Assembly (NCBI RefSeq): GCF_001447785.1
Contig: NW_015164664.1
Span: 2,584,536 to 2,648,535 of the forward strand
Direction: 5' to 3'
DNA length: 64,000 bases
DNA from: Gekko japonicus
Taxonomy: Eukaryota
Part shown: one piece after another, positions 37,405 to 49,600 of the stretch
Numbering within the stretch: position 1 is the stretch's first letter
Layout: each line of letters starts with the position of its first letter
Made by a program: the position numbers and the translations under genes
Notes under the pieces: generated by a model
Database searches by the model: none
Seen by the model: only the letters and a program-made list of their open reading frames with translations
Told to the model about the DNA's origin: nothing

Positions 37405-38588
37405 CAGGGGTGTCAAACATGCAGCCCAGGGGGTGGATCAGGCCCTCGGAGGGCTGCAATCCAGCTCGCAAGGCCCTGGCTGTTTCCTGCTTCCTTTTCC
37501 AGTGCTGCTGCTGCTGCTGCTACATCACAGTTTACTTTACCAGACTCTCTCAGTTGCATAGGAGATATAGATAGGCAAGCCTCTCCTGTGCAATTGAGAG
37601 AGTCTGGTAAAGCACTGGCTTTACCAGGGGGAGGGAGGGAACCAGCTAGAGCTCGCTTCCTGGCCAGGTTGCCTCAATTGTATACAGGAGACAAAGGGAA
37701 GCTTTGCTGGGCTGCCTCGGTCACACGGCAGAAGTACCAGGCACCTTTAAGACCAACAAAGTTTTGTTCAAGGTATGAGAGTTTGTGTGCCTTCCTACAG
37801 TGTGTGTGTATTCTGTTGAGCTGCTTATGCTGTGTGTGTGTGTGTGTGTGTTTTGCTGGGCTCCTTATACCAGGGATATCCTGGGTGCAGCTGGGTTCCC
37901 TCCCCCTTTTCACTGTGTTCATGCCCTCATGATCAAGTCTTTCTCGGTAAGAAAACAATGTGAACAATTTTAAAGGAGGAATAACAACAAGCCAGTGAGG
38001 TGGATTAGGCTGAGAGTGTGTGTCCAGACCAAGTTCACCCAGCACATTCCCTTTGTAAGAAGTTGTAGTTATTTCTCTAGGAAAGACTATAGTTTTGTAG
38101 ACAAACAAACAGCCCTCCATCTGTGTCAGGATGCCTTCTCATGTTCTTGACCAGCACATGAAGAAACTTATGTACAAAAGCTTACAATGCCCAGCCATTT
38201 CATGTTTTCCCCTGGGTCCTAGGATCAGAACACTGAGCATGGGATTTCTATAATGAATGTCAATAAATCAAAAGTAGGTTTGCAGCTTACAGATATACAT
38301 CTGAACAGCATATTCAAGATTGCTACAGCATAGACATTTTGATGCAATAATTCAGAGCAAGAGGTGTCAGTTATCAGGGTGTTAAATAGACAAACTATTG
38401 CAGGAGTGCTAGTGTTTTAAGCATGTTTCATTTAAAGTTTAAAAAATCTTTAATTGTGTTTGTCTGTGTCCTTTATAAAGTTTATATCTCCTACCTGGCA
38501 TTACATTTTATGACACACATGGCCTGGCTCAGCAAGGTCACATTTATGTCAGATCCAGCCCTCGTAACAAATGAGTTCGACACCCCTG
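37405..38588. mobile_element. Non-autonomous hAT (Charlie-like) DNA transposon
   Basis: TIRs CAGGGGTGTCAAAC / GTTCGACACCCCTG; perfect 8-bp TSD TTCTAGAG (37397-37404, 38589-38596). Confidence 0.85.
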
Positions 38589-38957
38589 TTCTAGAGGAAA
38601 GGGGGCAGGTTCTTCAAATTGTACTGGATCCATTACATGTGACTGCATGCACCCAGAGTAGGCTAGGAATGTCAGGTCAAATGTCGAGCCTTCCTTTCCC
38701 CAGACTTTTGGACTTTTCTAGATTTGTTTGTTCCTGAAATGGAAGACGTCTATGATTATTGGGGAAGGGGGGTTGCTAGTTGCACCTAGGGAAGCCTTAT
38801 CAGATTTAGTGGTTCTTCTTGGCTCTCCTTCTGTGCTAAACCTTGAAAGGGTGGTCAGGGTAGGTTGTGGCCCTTGTTCTGCTCTCTTCTACAGCCTGGG
38901 TGGGTGATCTTACACGAACCTTTGACAGAGAAAAGGGCCCTTGTTAACTCATTTTAA

Positions 38958-39646
38958 CTCAATTTAAGAAGGATATAGACAAACTGGAACATGTCCAGAG
39001 GAGAGCAATGAAAATGGTGAGGGGTCTGGATACCAAGGCCTATGAGGAAAGGTTGAAGGAGCTGGGTATGTTTAGCCTGGAGAGGAGACAACTGAGAAGT
39101 GATATGATAACCTCTTCAAGTACTTTAAGGGCTGTCATATAGAGGATGGTACGGAGTTGTTTTCTGTTGCCCCAGAAGCTCAGACCAGAACCAACGGGTT
39201 CAAATTAAATCAAAAGAGTTTTCTGCTAAACATTAGGAAGAACTTCCTGACAGAGCAGTTCCTCAGTGGAATAGGCTTCCTCGGGAGGTGGTGGGCTCTC
39301 CTTATTTGGAGAAACAGAGGCTAGATGGCCATCTGACAGCAATGCGGATTCTGTGAACTTAGGCAGATCATGAGAGGGAGGGGCAGGAAGGGTTGCCTCA
39401 GTGCTTAGTTCTTGTGGCCCTTTCTTACATGCCCAGGGAAATGCTGACTGCCACTTTGGGGTCAGGAAGCAATTTTTCTCCATGCCGGTTTGGCCTGGGA
39501 TCCTGGAGGGGGTTTTTTTGTCATCTTTTGGGCGTGGAACAGCGGTCACTGCGGGTGTGGAGGGGGAGGTATTTGTGTATTTCCTGCATTGTGCAGGGGG
39601 TTGGACTAGATGACCCTGGATGTCCCTTCCAACTCTATGATTCTAC
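38958..39646 (+). mobile_element. CR1 LINE 3' fragment
   Basis: Degenerate CR1 ORF2 end ([23 protein letters not shown]...[16 protein letters not shown]) and terminal GGTTGGACTAGATGACC...CCTTCCAACTCTATGATTCTA. Confidence 0.88.
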
Positions 39647-39659
39647 AATTCCTTCTGCC

Positions 39660-39834
39660 TGAGCTTTCATTGGACTGAGAAGTCCAGAGGCTCAGGTGGT
39701 TAAATGTGTTGAGGCTATGAACCAGACGTAGCATGAACAGATTCTGCCTCCACAGAATTGTGTTATACCCGGCTCTTAACCACATCATAATTAACAACCT
39801 GAGCCTCTGGGCTTCTCAGTCCAATGAGAGCTCA
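39660..39834. repeat. Foldback/MITE-like inverted repeat
   Basis: TGAGCTTTCATTGGACTGAGAAGTCCAGAGGCTCAGGT pairs with ACCTGAGCCTCTGGGCTTCTCAGTCCAATGAGAGCTCA; arms extend imperfectly to ~65 bp. Confidence 0.8.
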
Positions 39835-40081
39835 TCCCAGTTTCACTGTTGCCTTTTGTAAGGGAAACTCCAGTGGAGCAACCACAGAGGTTTTTGTCTT
39901 GTGGACAAGTAGCAGAATTGGCCAGCGGGGTGTGTGTGTGTGTGTGTGATACTGCCGTTTTCCAGTTGTGTGCTTTAATTTGGAAGAAGTCATGGCCTAA
40001 GCACAGGGGAACAGTATAGACATCTGGTGGAGCTCCAGGTGGGTTTCCTTTTGCCTGTTGGCAGGGCTATTTTTGGGCAGG

Positions 40082-40161
40082 NNNNNNNNNNNNNNNNNNN
40101 NNNNNNNNNNNNNNNNNNNNNNNNNNNNNNNNNNNNNNNNNNNNNNNNNNNNNNNNNNNNN
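40082..40161. other. Assembly gap (80 N)
   Basis: Run of N. Confidence 0.99.
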
Positions 40162-40496
40162 GCGCCGCCGGAGCGTCACCCGGAAGTGACGTCACACGCT
40201 GGGTGGGGCCACACCATTTGAGGGGAAAACAAAGAGTTTTCCCCTCATATGGCGTGGCCCCACCCCCAGCGTACAACGTCACTTCCGGGTGACGCGCACG
40301 CGGGGGTGAGGTTTCCCCTGGGCCCGATTTTTGTCGCGTCGAAAATCGGGCCGTCAAAGTGGGGGATTCCCCGCCCCCCGGAGCCATTTGGGAACCCTAC
40401 TCCCCTCCCCTCCAAGGGCCGCCTTGCCCTGGCTCCTCAAAGCCACGGGACGCCCAGGCAAGCCAAGGGAAGGCAGGTTAAACTGCCTTCCCTTCA

Positions 40497-40783
40497 GAGT
40501 CAGTTTGGTGTAGTGATTAAGTGCACGGACTCTAATATGGGAGAACCGGGTTTGATTCCCCACTCCTCCACTTGCACCTGGCTGGCTGACCTTGGGCAAG
40601 CCATAGTTCTGATAAGAGCTGTTCTTGAAAAAAAGCAGTTTCTGTCAGAGCTCTCTTAGCCCCACCTACCTCACAGGGTGTCTGTTGTGGGGAGGGGAAG
40701 GGAAAGGAGTTTGTAAGCCGCTCTGAGACACCTTTGGGTAGTGAAGGGTGGGGTATAAATCCAATCTCTTCTTCTTCTTCTTC
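40497..40783 (+). mobile_element. tRNA-derived SINE (Squam3-like)
   Basis: Near-identical to 50157-50435 and 31841-32128; (TTC)n tail. Confidence 0.8.
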
Positions 40784-41752
40784 AAGGGGGGGCTTGCCTG
40801 GGCAAGCTAAGGAAGGCACGGGGTGTGGTCTATTATGCTAATTAGCTGCACTGTCAGGGGTGTGGCCTAATATGCTAATGAGTTCCTGCTGGACTTTTTC
40901 TACAAAAAAAAGCCCTGCCTGTTGGGCTGTTTTAGGTTTTTCTCAAACTCTCCTAAACTGGTGTGCAGCAGTTGCTGGTGGTTGTAGGCAATTACCACCG
41001 TGGAGTCCACCTTATGCGGACTTTATACTTCATGCCTGCTGCCCTTTCCCCCAAATGAGGCCCTGGAAAGGCAGGAAACGAGCTCCCGAGATGTCATTAT
41101 TTCTTCTTTAGTATCCAGCCTGGGTCTGAGTTCTGTGCAACTTGAAAACTCTCAGGCACTACTGGCCAGGACTGTGTCAAATAAAACTATTAAGTTACTT
41201 CTCTGTGAATCTTCTAAAGGATCCTGTAGAGTAGTGTGTGTTCCTCTTCAGAGACTATCAGGTTTGCCATCCAGCAGTAGAATTCTGGAACTGGCAGAAG
41301 CTAGGCGAGAATCTTCCACCTGTGTGTGAATAACACATACCCTCCATGCCCTAAAGTGATGGGGATAACAGCCAGCTCTGTAATTACTAAGGAAACGTGT
41401 TCCCTGGGGAAAGAGGGATGAGGTGGTGCAAATCTATGTAAGGAAGGGTTGCTGGGGGAAATCTCCACCCAGGAACAAAGGCATCTTTGCACTCAGAAGG
41501 AAGGGCATGAGCACATAGAACAGCTTTGGAGGCTGGGGGATAGTAGGTACGGGGCCAGAGTTTCCCATCTCGGTTAGAAGTCCTCAATACATAGGGGTTT
41601 TTTTAAAGCAACTCTAGATTACTTTTTTTTGTATTTTAAAAACATCTAAGAACATGTTCTCTCCATCCTTCTAATGCTGGGTTGTGATAAGGCTGTAAAT
41701 TGTGACTATAGACCAGATAATTCAGTTTCTGAAGTCAAACACAGTTTCCTTC

Positions 41753-42069
41753 TGAAAAGTATGCAGACGGAGAGTGATTTCAGCTAAGCATACCTTTATT
41801 TAGTTCAGAACAAAGACAACTGACCGGCTCGCAGGCCGGTTTATATCCATTCAGAAAACCCGCCACCAAGCTCACCTAAACACACCCCCTACTCCCGATA
41901 GGCTATTTACAGTAACCGAGAGACCCATTGGCCTCCCGGCTGGGGACCTAGCCCTTTCATTGGGCCGGCTAGGATCCTACGGACCCATTGTCTATAGACT
42001 TGAAGCTAGCAAGGATTTGTGCCTGGTCAGCCCGGGCAAGTCCGGGCATGTCAGGCTGAATACATTACA
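41753..42069 (-). mobile_element. Solo LTR (317 bp)
   Basis: TG...CA termini; 5-bp TSD CCTTC (41748-41752, 42070-42074); on the - strand, in order: CCAAT (41959-63, 41926-30), TATAAA (41840-45), AATAAA (41795-800). Confidence 0.78.
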
Positions 42070-43584
42070 CCTTCTCAAATGAAGACAATTAACAATGCTA
42101 CTTCAGAATTATAAGTTTTAATTCTTTGTTGCCCCATGCATTTTAAGATCGGTACAGCTTTTGAAAAAAGGTCTACTCACTTTCAGTCGCATTACTAACA
42201 GGACTCAAAGGCAGCTGAGTTGTTGTAACTCATCACTCTAGGTGGGACACTGACCTGCCCTTGGCAACAATTCTGAAACTTGTGCCAAATGTGGCTGCCC
42301 ATTTACAATCTCGGGCTGGTCAGCAAGAATATATTGCTACTATTTTGAGCTCTCTTCACTGACTGCTAGTTTGTTTCCAGATACAGTTCAAGGTGATGGT
42401 GCTTATCTTCAGAGCCTGTCACAACCTGAGACCCACGTACTTGAAGGGCCTGTATCCTTGTATCAACCTACATGGCAGCTCCAGATCCCAAGGCCTGTTG
42501 CTCAGTGAGGTTCTGCAGCAGTGTGGGGATTTAAATCTGGGTATCCCAGATCCTAGTCTGAAACCACTACACCACTCTGGCTTCTATGGGGTAGCAAGCA
42601 GCCAGGCCTGGGGTAGTAATGCAATTTGCCCTGGATTGCTGCCAGGCTTTGCCCCTCCCCCTCTTTTTCACTAACAGAAACCAAGGTTTGAAGGCTGGCA
42701 ATACTGTTGTGGCTGCCTAGCAATGCTTATTAATAGCATCCATTTCTTAAAGATAGAATTGCTATTTCTATTATTTTGGGGGGAGGTTGTACCCCTAATG
42801 TTTTTTGGGTGTTTTTTTTTTTTTACATTTCAATTTTTTCTACAAATGTCGGGCTTTTCTCTGGTTTGTAGAAAGATATGTCTTGTCTGTCCATAGTCCT
42901 GATTTCTGGATTTTAAGTATTCACACATGGGGCCATGTTGAAAAGTAGATATATTGATGATGGTGATGAGAAAGGCCTTTTAAATTTGGATGACTGTTAC
43001 AAGGAGGTCTGAGCTGGTGGATGCTCTTGAGTCTGCAAATAGATGAGCAGGTAAAGATGTTTGTAATCAGTTCTCATTTCTGTTTTCTTTTTGGATAGAG
43101 AAATATAAGTTCCTTGTGGGGGTGGCTGAAAAAAGATGAGTGCAAGAATGTTAATCTTTGAATGTGAATGGTTGAGTGTGTTGGAGGTGTGGAAATGCAG
43201 GAGCTATTAAGAAGGACTCCAGAATTTTGCCACTGAATTTCAGAAATGAATACTTCCAAAAAATGTCAGGATACCAAGTCACCAGGCTGACATCTAAGAT
43301 ATTTATTTGGCTGGAAAGTTCGAACAAATGGTCCCTGAGCTCTGATCCCACTTGACAGCTTGACTAATCCGAACAGTACCCAGTTACATTGCTTGTCTGC
43401 CCTGACCTCTGGAAGCAAGGGCCTTGATCATCCACGCCTATTCCGACTACACTTTTGCTCTTTGCTTTTATTTTTCAACAAAGAAAAAAAATCATAACTG
43501 GCTTGCTTCAGTCCCTGCCCCTGCCCCACCCCTTAGAAAACATCTGGCACTAGCTGGGTTGGCTCCCAGTTTTGCAACTCTCTG

Positions 43585-43592
43585 TATATAAA
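43585..43592 (+). promoter_or_regulatory. Candidate TATA box of GSTT paralogue B
   Basis: TATATAAA about 100 nt upstream of Kozak ACCACCATGG at 43689. Confidence 0.5.
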
Positions 43593-43688
43593 GGTTTCTG
43601 TTCTTCCCGGGAACGCTTCCTGCCAAAGCAGATCAGGACAAGAGTCAATGTAGCAAGCTGATACTCTCTGTGCCCAGCTGATACCACC

Positions 43689-46600
43689 ATGGGGCTGGAG
43701 CTCTACCTGGATCTGCTCTCTCAGCCCTGTCGGGCCATCTACATCTTTGCCAAGAAGAACAACATCCCTTTTGAGTTCAAGGACGTGGAGGTGTTCAGAG
43801 GTGAGGAGAGGCAAAAGTTAGCTGGAGGGAGGGAGGACGCTGGGCTCATATCACAACTCTTCATTTATTTCCTGGAGAAAATCTGGTCTGTGAAATATAA
43901 GCAACTACAGTGACCAGAAAGGGTAGGTCTTTTATTGCATGTTATGGGATGGAGTGGGGATCGTACTCGACAACAGTGATTGTTACACAGGAGTCTGGTA
44001 GCACCTTAAATACTAACAAAATTGATTCCGGTGTGAGCTTTGATTAAGGAGAGCACACTTCCTCAGATGCTTAGAAAAGTACATCCAGGAGGCTGGGTTA
44101 AAAACTCAGAAGAAGGAATGGGGGAAATGTTACAAAGAGAGGCTGGTATAGAATGAGGTCCGATTAAAAGAACTCTTGGTAAATCTAGAATAGGTGGGAG
44201 ACTCCTTCAATCAACAACAGCAGAGGAAAAAAAAACATCTAATCGAATGCAGGAAGCAATGAAACAGTGAATAAAATTAACACTATAACCGGTGGGATAT
44301 GCAAGTTATTGACACCTTTAGTGAGTTAGAAATCCCAGATCTCTATTAAGCTGGAGGGTGGGCTTCGTTGTCTTGAATTTGTTAATTTTTATTCAACCGC
44401 ATTGCATAGGATCCCACCTCCAAATGTCTTTTGAAAGAGAACAATAACTTTTAATTTACACATGGTATGTGCAGGGAGACTAATATGTGTCCGTTGACTC
44501 TGAAATGGACAAATGAATCCTGAATAAAATACATGATATTGTGTGCATCTCTAATGTTATCCAGCTTGGTAACAGCCTAGTAAAATGGACAGGGAAGACT
44601 GCAGAGGAAGGAACCTCTTTGCTTCTTGCTTGCCTTGAAAGCCCCTTGATGGGGTCACCATAAGTTGGTAGCAACTTGACAGCATGTGCATACTCCAAAC
44701 CTGCCTTCCCCCTGCTGCCCAAGTCAGATAACAAGCACCATCATGACAGGTGTTCATTCTGGGAGACCAGGGTAGATGAGACCAGGTGATGAGTAGAAGA
44801 AGACAACAGATGTTGCTGTATGGAGACAGCTAGATTTGAGTCCAGTAGCACCATAGAGACGAGCAAGATTTGGGGGGCATGAGTTTTTCAGAGACAGCTT
44901 ATTTTGTCACATACCAAAGAGAACTTTGACTTTCAAAAGCTCATACCCTCAAAAAATCTTGCTGGTCTCTAAAGTGCCACTGGACTAAAATCTAGTAATA
45001 TGACTGCCATCTGAAACTGAAAGTGCCACTTTTTTGTTTCCTGGGAATATGAGCTCCCAGCCAGTGGCCCTTCTACTCAGCACCTGGAGAACCTGCTGTT
45101 GTGATCTTTGAAGGTATTTTGGTTACACAATATGTTTGCTGGCTCTTGTGGACAGGGCCCTGAAGCTTGAACAGTAGGCAATCTTTGGCTCGGTTTTGCC
45201 TAGATGGAAAGGGTCTCTCTCTTCAGAGCACCTAGCAAGGAATGTGCATGCCCCTCATATTATGTGCAATTGCATTTATGTTGTCAGATTCCATCCTGGG
45301 AATGAAAGCATCAAGTGAAACAAGTCCAGGATCGGCACAGCCAGGTAAACTAATTCGACATGATATAAAAGAATAATGGTAGTCTCAAGGGCTGGCCCAA
45401 TGATACAGGCAGTCTAGGCAGCAGTCTAGGCAGCACAACTCAAAAGGACCTTGCTATGCCAGAAGCACCAGGTACCAGCACCTCCTTTCATGCTGTTTCC
45501 CAAACTGGTCACCTGGCAGTTCCTCTACCTGGGAGGGCTAAGGAGGGGCTGTGTTTCAGCATATTATTTGTTTCACTCATATGGCTAGTTTCCCCACCTT
45601 GCGTAGCTGTCCTTGCCCCTCTCTGATGCTTCCAGGTGAATATGGCTGCAACCCTATGAATGTTTTCCTGGGAATAAGCCCCGCTGAATGAAATGGGACT
45701 TCCTTCTGAGTAGACCTGCTTAAGATTGCTCCTATATGACTCCTGCAATGGATCTGTACCAGTGCAGCACTCACACAACACTAAGTGGAAAAGGCTGCAA
45801 GTAGCCACATTGGTTCAAAGAAAATCCAAAAACAAAACCAAAAGCCACATAATACCTTTTATTAGGATCAACCAAAATGACATAAAACAGCATGTGAGCT
45901 TTGAGTACTTGAACTCTTAACCAGAAGTGGCTAATAAGCACCACTGAAAAATGTGTCAACACCAAGGAATCTTTTTTTTTTACCAAATGCAAATGTAAAT
46001 AGAAATGAGAGAGGATTTGTGCAGGGGTGTATTTTGCAATAGGGAAGTGTTAGTCATAATTCAACACATGCTCTGTGTCACCAGCACTGCTACTAAACTT
46101 TTTTGATAATTTGTGCAAATGCACAAAGTGCGGGAGACAGCCAGAGCACCAGTCTTGACTTCTGACCCCGTTAGAGTGAAACAACCAAGAAAGAATTTCC
46201 CTTAAGAACAAGCTACTAGATACATGGTTTACCCTCCACTATTGACCAAGTTAGATTGTGGTCCCAGGTCTATGAAGTCTGGGTAAAAAAGCTGGTTTAA
46301 TCCCCCCCCCCCCGAGTGACCAGCAAAAGCAATACTGGGTATAAAGAATGCAGGAGGAGAGTGGGCACCTGGAGCAGTGCAAATGTGAGGAGGGGCAGTG
46401 GGACCTTGGAAAGAGGCTGAAAAGAAGTCCCACCACCTCACAGCTAGAGACTAGGGTTGCCAGGTCTGGGTTGGAAAATACCTGGAGACTTTGGGGTGGA
46501 TCCAAGAGAGGGTGGGGTTTGGGGCCTCAGCATGGTACAGTGCCATTGAGTCCACCCTTTAAAGCAGCCATTTTCTCCAGGAGAGCTGATCTCTGTCAGG

Positions 46601-49600
46601 TGGAGATCAGTTGGAAAAGCGGGATATCTCCAGGCCCCACCTGGAGGCTGGCAAACCCTGCTAGAGACACACCCTTACCAAACTGCATTTCCAGCATTTC
46701 TTAGGAGACACCAGGCTGTGGTGGCTACAGTTTTATAACAGCAGTTGAGCACTAAAATATTAAAAACAGATTTGGCTGTGATGTCGAGAGGTGTGTGCAG
46801 AGCTGTTCGTACAAGCAAGGTTCAGTAAGCCATTCAGTATGCTGGGTGAGCCTGCCGCCTCTCTTCAGAGGCTGCCTCCAGGCAGGGTGAGGCACACATT
46901 CTCCTCCTCACCACATTCATGATTCTGGGGATGCCATTTTTTAAAACCAGAAATCCATACCCCTTTCCTTTGCTTATATTTCTGTTTGCAGTGTAAACAT
47001 GGCCTTGGCAGAATCCAAAGGGCAGCTGATGTTGTGTGGGGATTCTATTCCGCCTGCCTAGCCTGTGCACACAAACTGTAACCTCTTCCAAAGAAGCCGT
47101 TGGAGCCCTGAGGGGAGTTGCTCTTTTGCCCCAGAGATGAGATTGGCTCCTGATTTTCCTGTGTGAAGGCCCAGAGATAAGACAGTTTGCCCTTGTACTT
47201 TGCCTTTGGGGCAAGTCCTCTTGCCAGATACCGCTCTGGAAATCTGTGAGCCTCTCATTTAGAACAGTCCCCCTCCACCTGTCTGCCTGTCTCCCTAATG
47301 CAGGCATCACTGCCAGGCCACAATTATCTGAGAGAAATTCAGGGATACCTGAGTAGTCCACTTTGCCAGACTCGTTATTCCTTTTGGAAAGTATCTGGCT
47401 GTTATTGAACTAAAAAATTGCCTGCTACAGGGCTATCTATGACTATGAACCATGGCAGCCTAAAATTATCAAATGTGAAGGTTTGCTTTGGAGGATGGAG
47501 GGGCGTTCATCCATCTACCCACAATGGGAAGAAAAAAGTTGCATTACACCCATCTCCAGTGTAATCATTCGTACCATGCTCCAAGAAAAATGGTTTGCCT
47601 TGCTTATTTCCAGTGCATAATCCAGGTCTTTCTTGATTTTTGGAGCTGGACAGATTTCCAAAACCACTAGATGGATATTTGGAAATAGAGAACTGTTTAA
47701 CTACGGCCCCTGAGAAACTGTGTGCACACGTGCGAGTGAGCATGCCTTGCCTCGACTCTGACCCTAGACTGTTGTTTTCCCTTATTTTCAGAACAGCTGC
47801 GCAAAATGAATGTGGTGAGGAAAGTTCCTGTCCTGAGGGATGAGGCCTTTTGCTTGTCAGAAGGGTAAGGAGGCCACAAAGCAGGAATTCTTTGCCCCAT
47901 AACCTCATCATTTGTTAGGCTGCTTCCCCATGACAGATTTTCTCTGCCCTGGCTCTCAAACTGGTACAGGTATTTTTGGAGCATTCACATGATGTGGTCA
48001 TTTCCCAATTGTTCTCCTTCTGTCTCCTGTGGTGGTTTTCTCTAATTTGCCCCAGTGATTCCCGTACCTGCAGATACAGAGCAGGTTTGCCTACATGGTG
48101 GACAGGAAGAACCGTGTTTCTCAAACTCCTCCCCCCATCTCTAGCACTATTTTCTCTCTGTATTCCCTTGCATTTGTATTCCCTCCAACCATCACTCACA
48201 GGCTTCTTACTGGCTTGGGGGGGGGGGGAAACCACTCAGGAGAGGGTATATTGCTGTCACTGTGGTGATATACCTACTCACTTTATGTTTTAAAAAGCCA
48301 GTAATAAGTGCACGCCAGGGAATCATCCTGGCATGGAAGCAGCCTTGAGAATGCAATATTGAGACAGGCAATGTTCACTATTTGTAGTGACCCAATAATA
48401 ATTTGAGGTCTGGGGCAAGGAGGGATATATAAATATGCAGAAGAGCAAGAAATGAGCAGTGACTCACGAAAGCTCCTCCCCTGCCACAAACTTGTTAGTC
48501 TTTAAGGTGCTACTGGACTCTTGCTCTTTTCTACTGCTACAGACAGACTAACACAGCTGCCCATCTTGATCTATAGATGTGCAGAGAAACCCTCCCCAGA
48601 CACCTCCATTCTTGAGTTTGGGTAAGACATTCTGTAGGAGAAGAAGGGTATTCTACAGCTGTGGGGAAGCTACCAAGATAATTTCTTTCTGGCTTCATAA
48701 TACAAATCCTCCAGACTCCAGAAGGTACCATCCTGGTGTTCAGGACTGCAACAGGGTAGAGGGAACGTGGTAGTCAGGTGGCTGAGTCATGCTTCTACAA
48801 TAGCTTTCGGCCTTCCTCAATATGCAAGCAAGCCTTTATTCAGGGGGACTTTAACTGAGCAAGCTGCCTGTTTCACTGGGCAGCTTGACTCCACTGGTTC
48901 AGAGACAAAGGCAAGCTATAACCTTATTTTTCTCCTCCCTGGCTCTTTGCCTGCCATTACTGTGTCTTGGTAGCATTGCAATCCTTCTGTATCTGAGCCG
49001 CAAGTACAACACCCCAGACCACTGGTATCCATCTGACATACAAAAACGAGCGAAGGTGGACGAATATCTCTCATGGCACCAGACAAACATCCGATCCAAT
49101 GCTCCCAAGACAATGTGGATCAAGGTGAGGGATTTGAAGGGTGCTGCTGAATGTTTGGTGAGCTTCTGGAGACTCCCTGTGTCCTCCACTGCTTGGCCCA
49201 ATGTCATGACAGTACAGGAAAAGCTGAGGTCCTCTTCCCCTTCCCCCTTCTGTGTTTTTTGGTCTACTGATTTAACCCCTAAGTTTTATTAGAATGAACT
49301 TGAATTCTCTTCAGGAATGGCAGTTGTCCATTCATCCCCCTCCCGGGTATCTTCTGCTGTACCTCTACTCACAACAGTACTCTCCTCCTCCCCATACACG
49401 GTCAATGTTGTCACTCTATTGCCAACTAGTCCTGTCTGGGTCTCTCACCCGGCTTCTGATAGACTGCTCCCTAATGTTTTTTTTAATGTAGTCTGAGCCT
49501 TTGGGCAGCCATCTCAGCATGGAACTTCATGTTATCAACTCCACTGCTTATCATTTCCCTGTCGTGCTTCCCCAGGTTGCCCCTTTTCTCTTCCCTGATG

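Noticed and set aside
40162-40400. CpG-rich segment with ETS/CRE-like motifs after the gap, suggesting a promoter
   Set aside because: Ends in GGGAACCCTA like the TAGGGTTGCC-type transposon ends; no exon follows and it is truncated by the gap.
37300-43600. Possible fourth GSTT gene between paralogues A and B
   Set aside because: No GSTT-like exon found; mostly repeats, although the N gap could hide sequence.
46834-47361. 175-aa antisense ORF in a GSTT-B intron
   Set aside because: No recognisable homology or coding signature.
48781-48790. ARE/NF-E2-like GCTGAGTCAT in a GSTT-B intron
   Set aside because: A 9-10-bp match is roughly expected by chance in 64 kb; a similar motif lies in a DDX51 intron (~18759).
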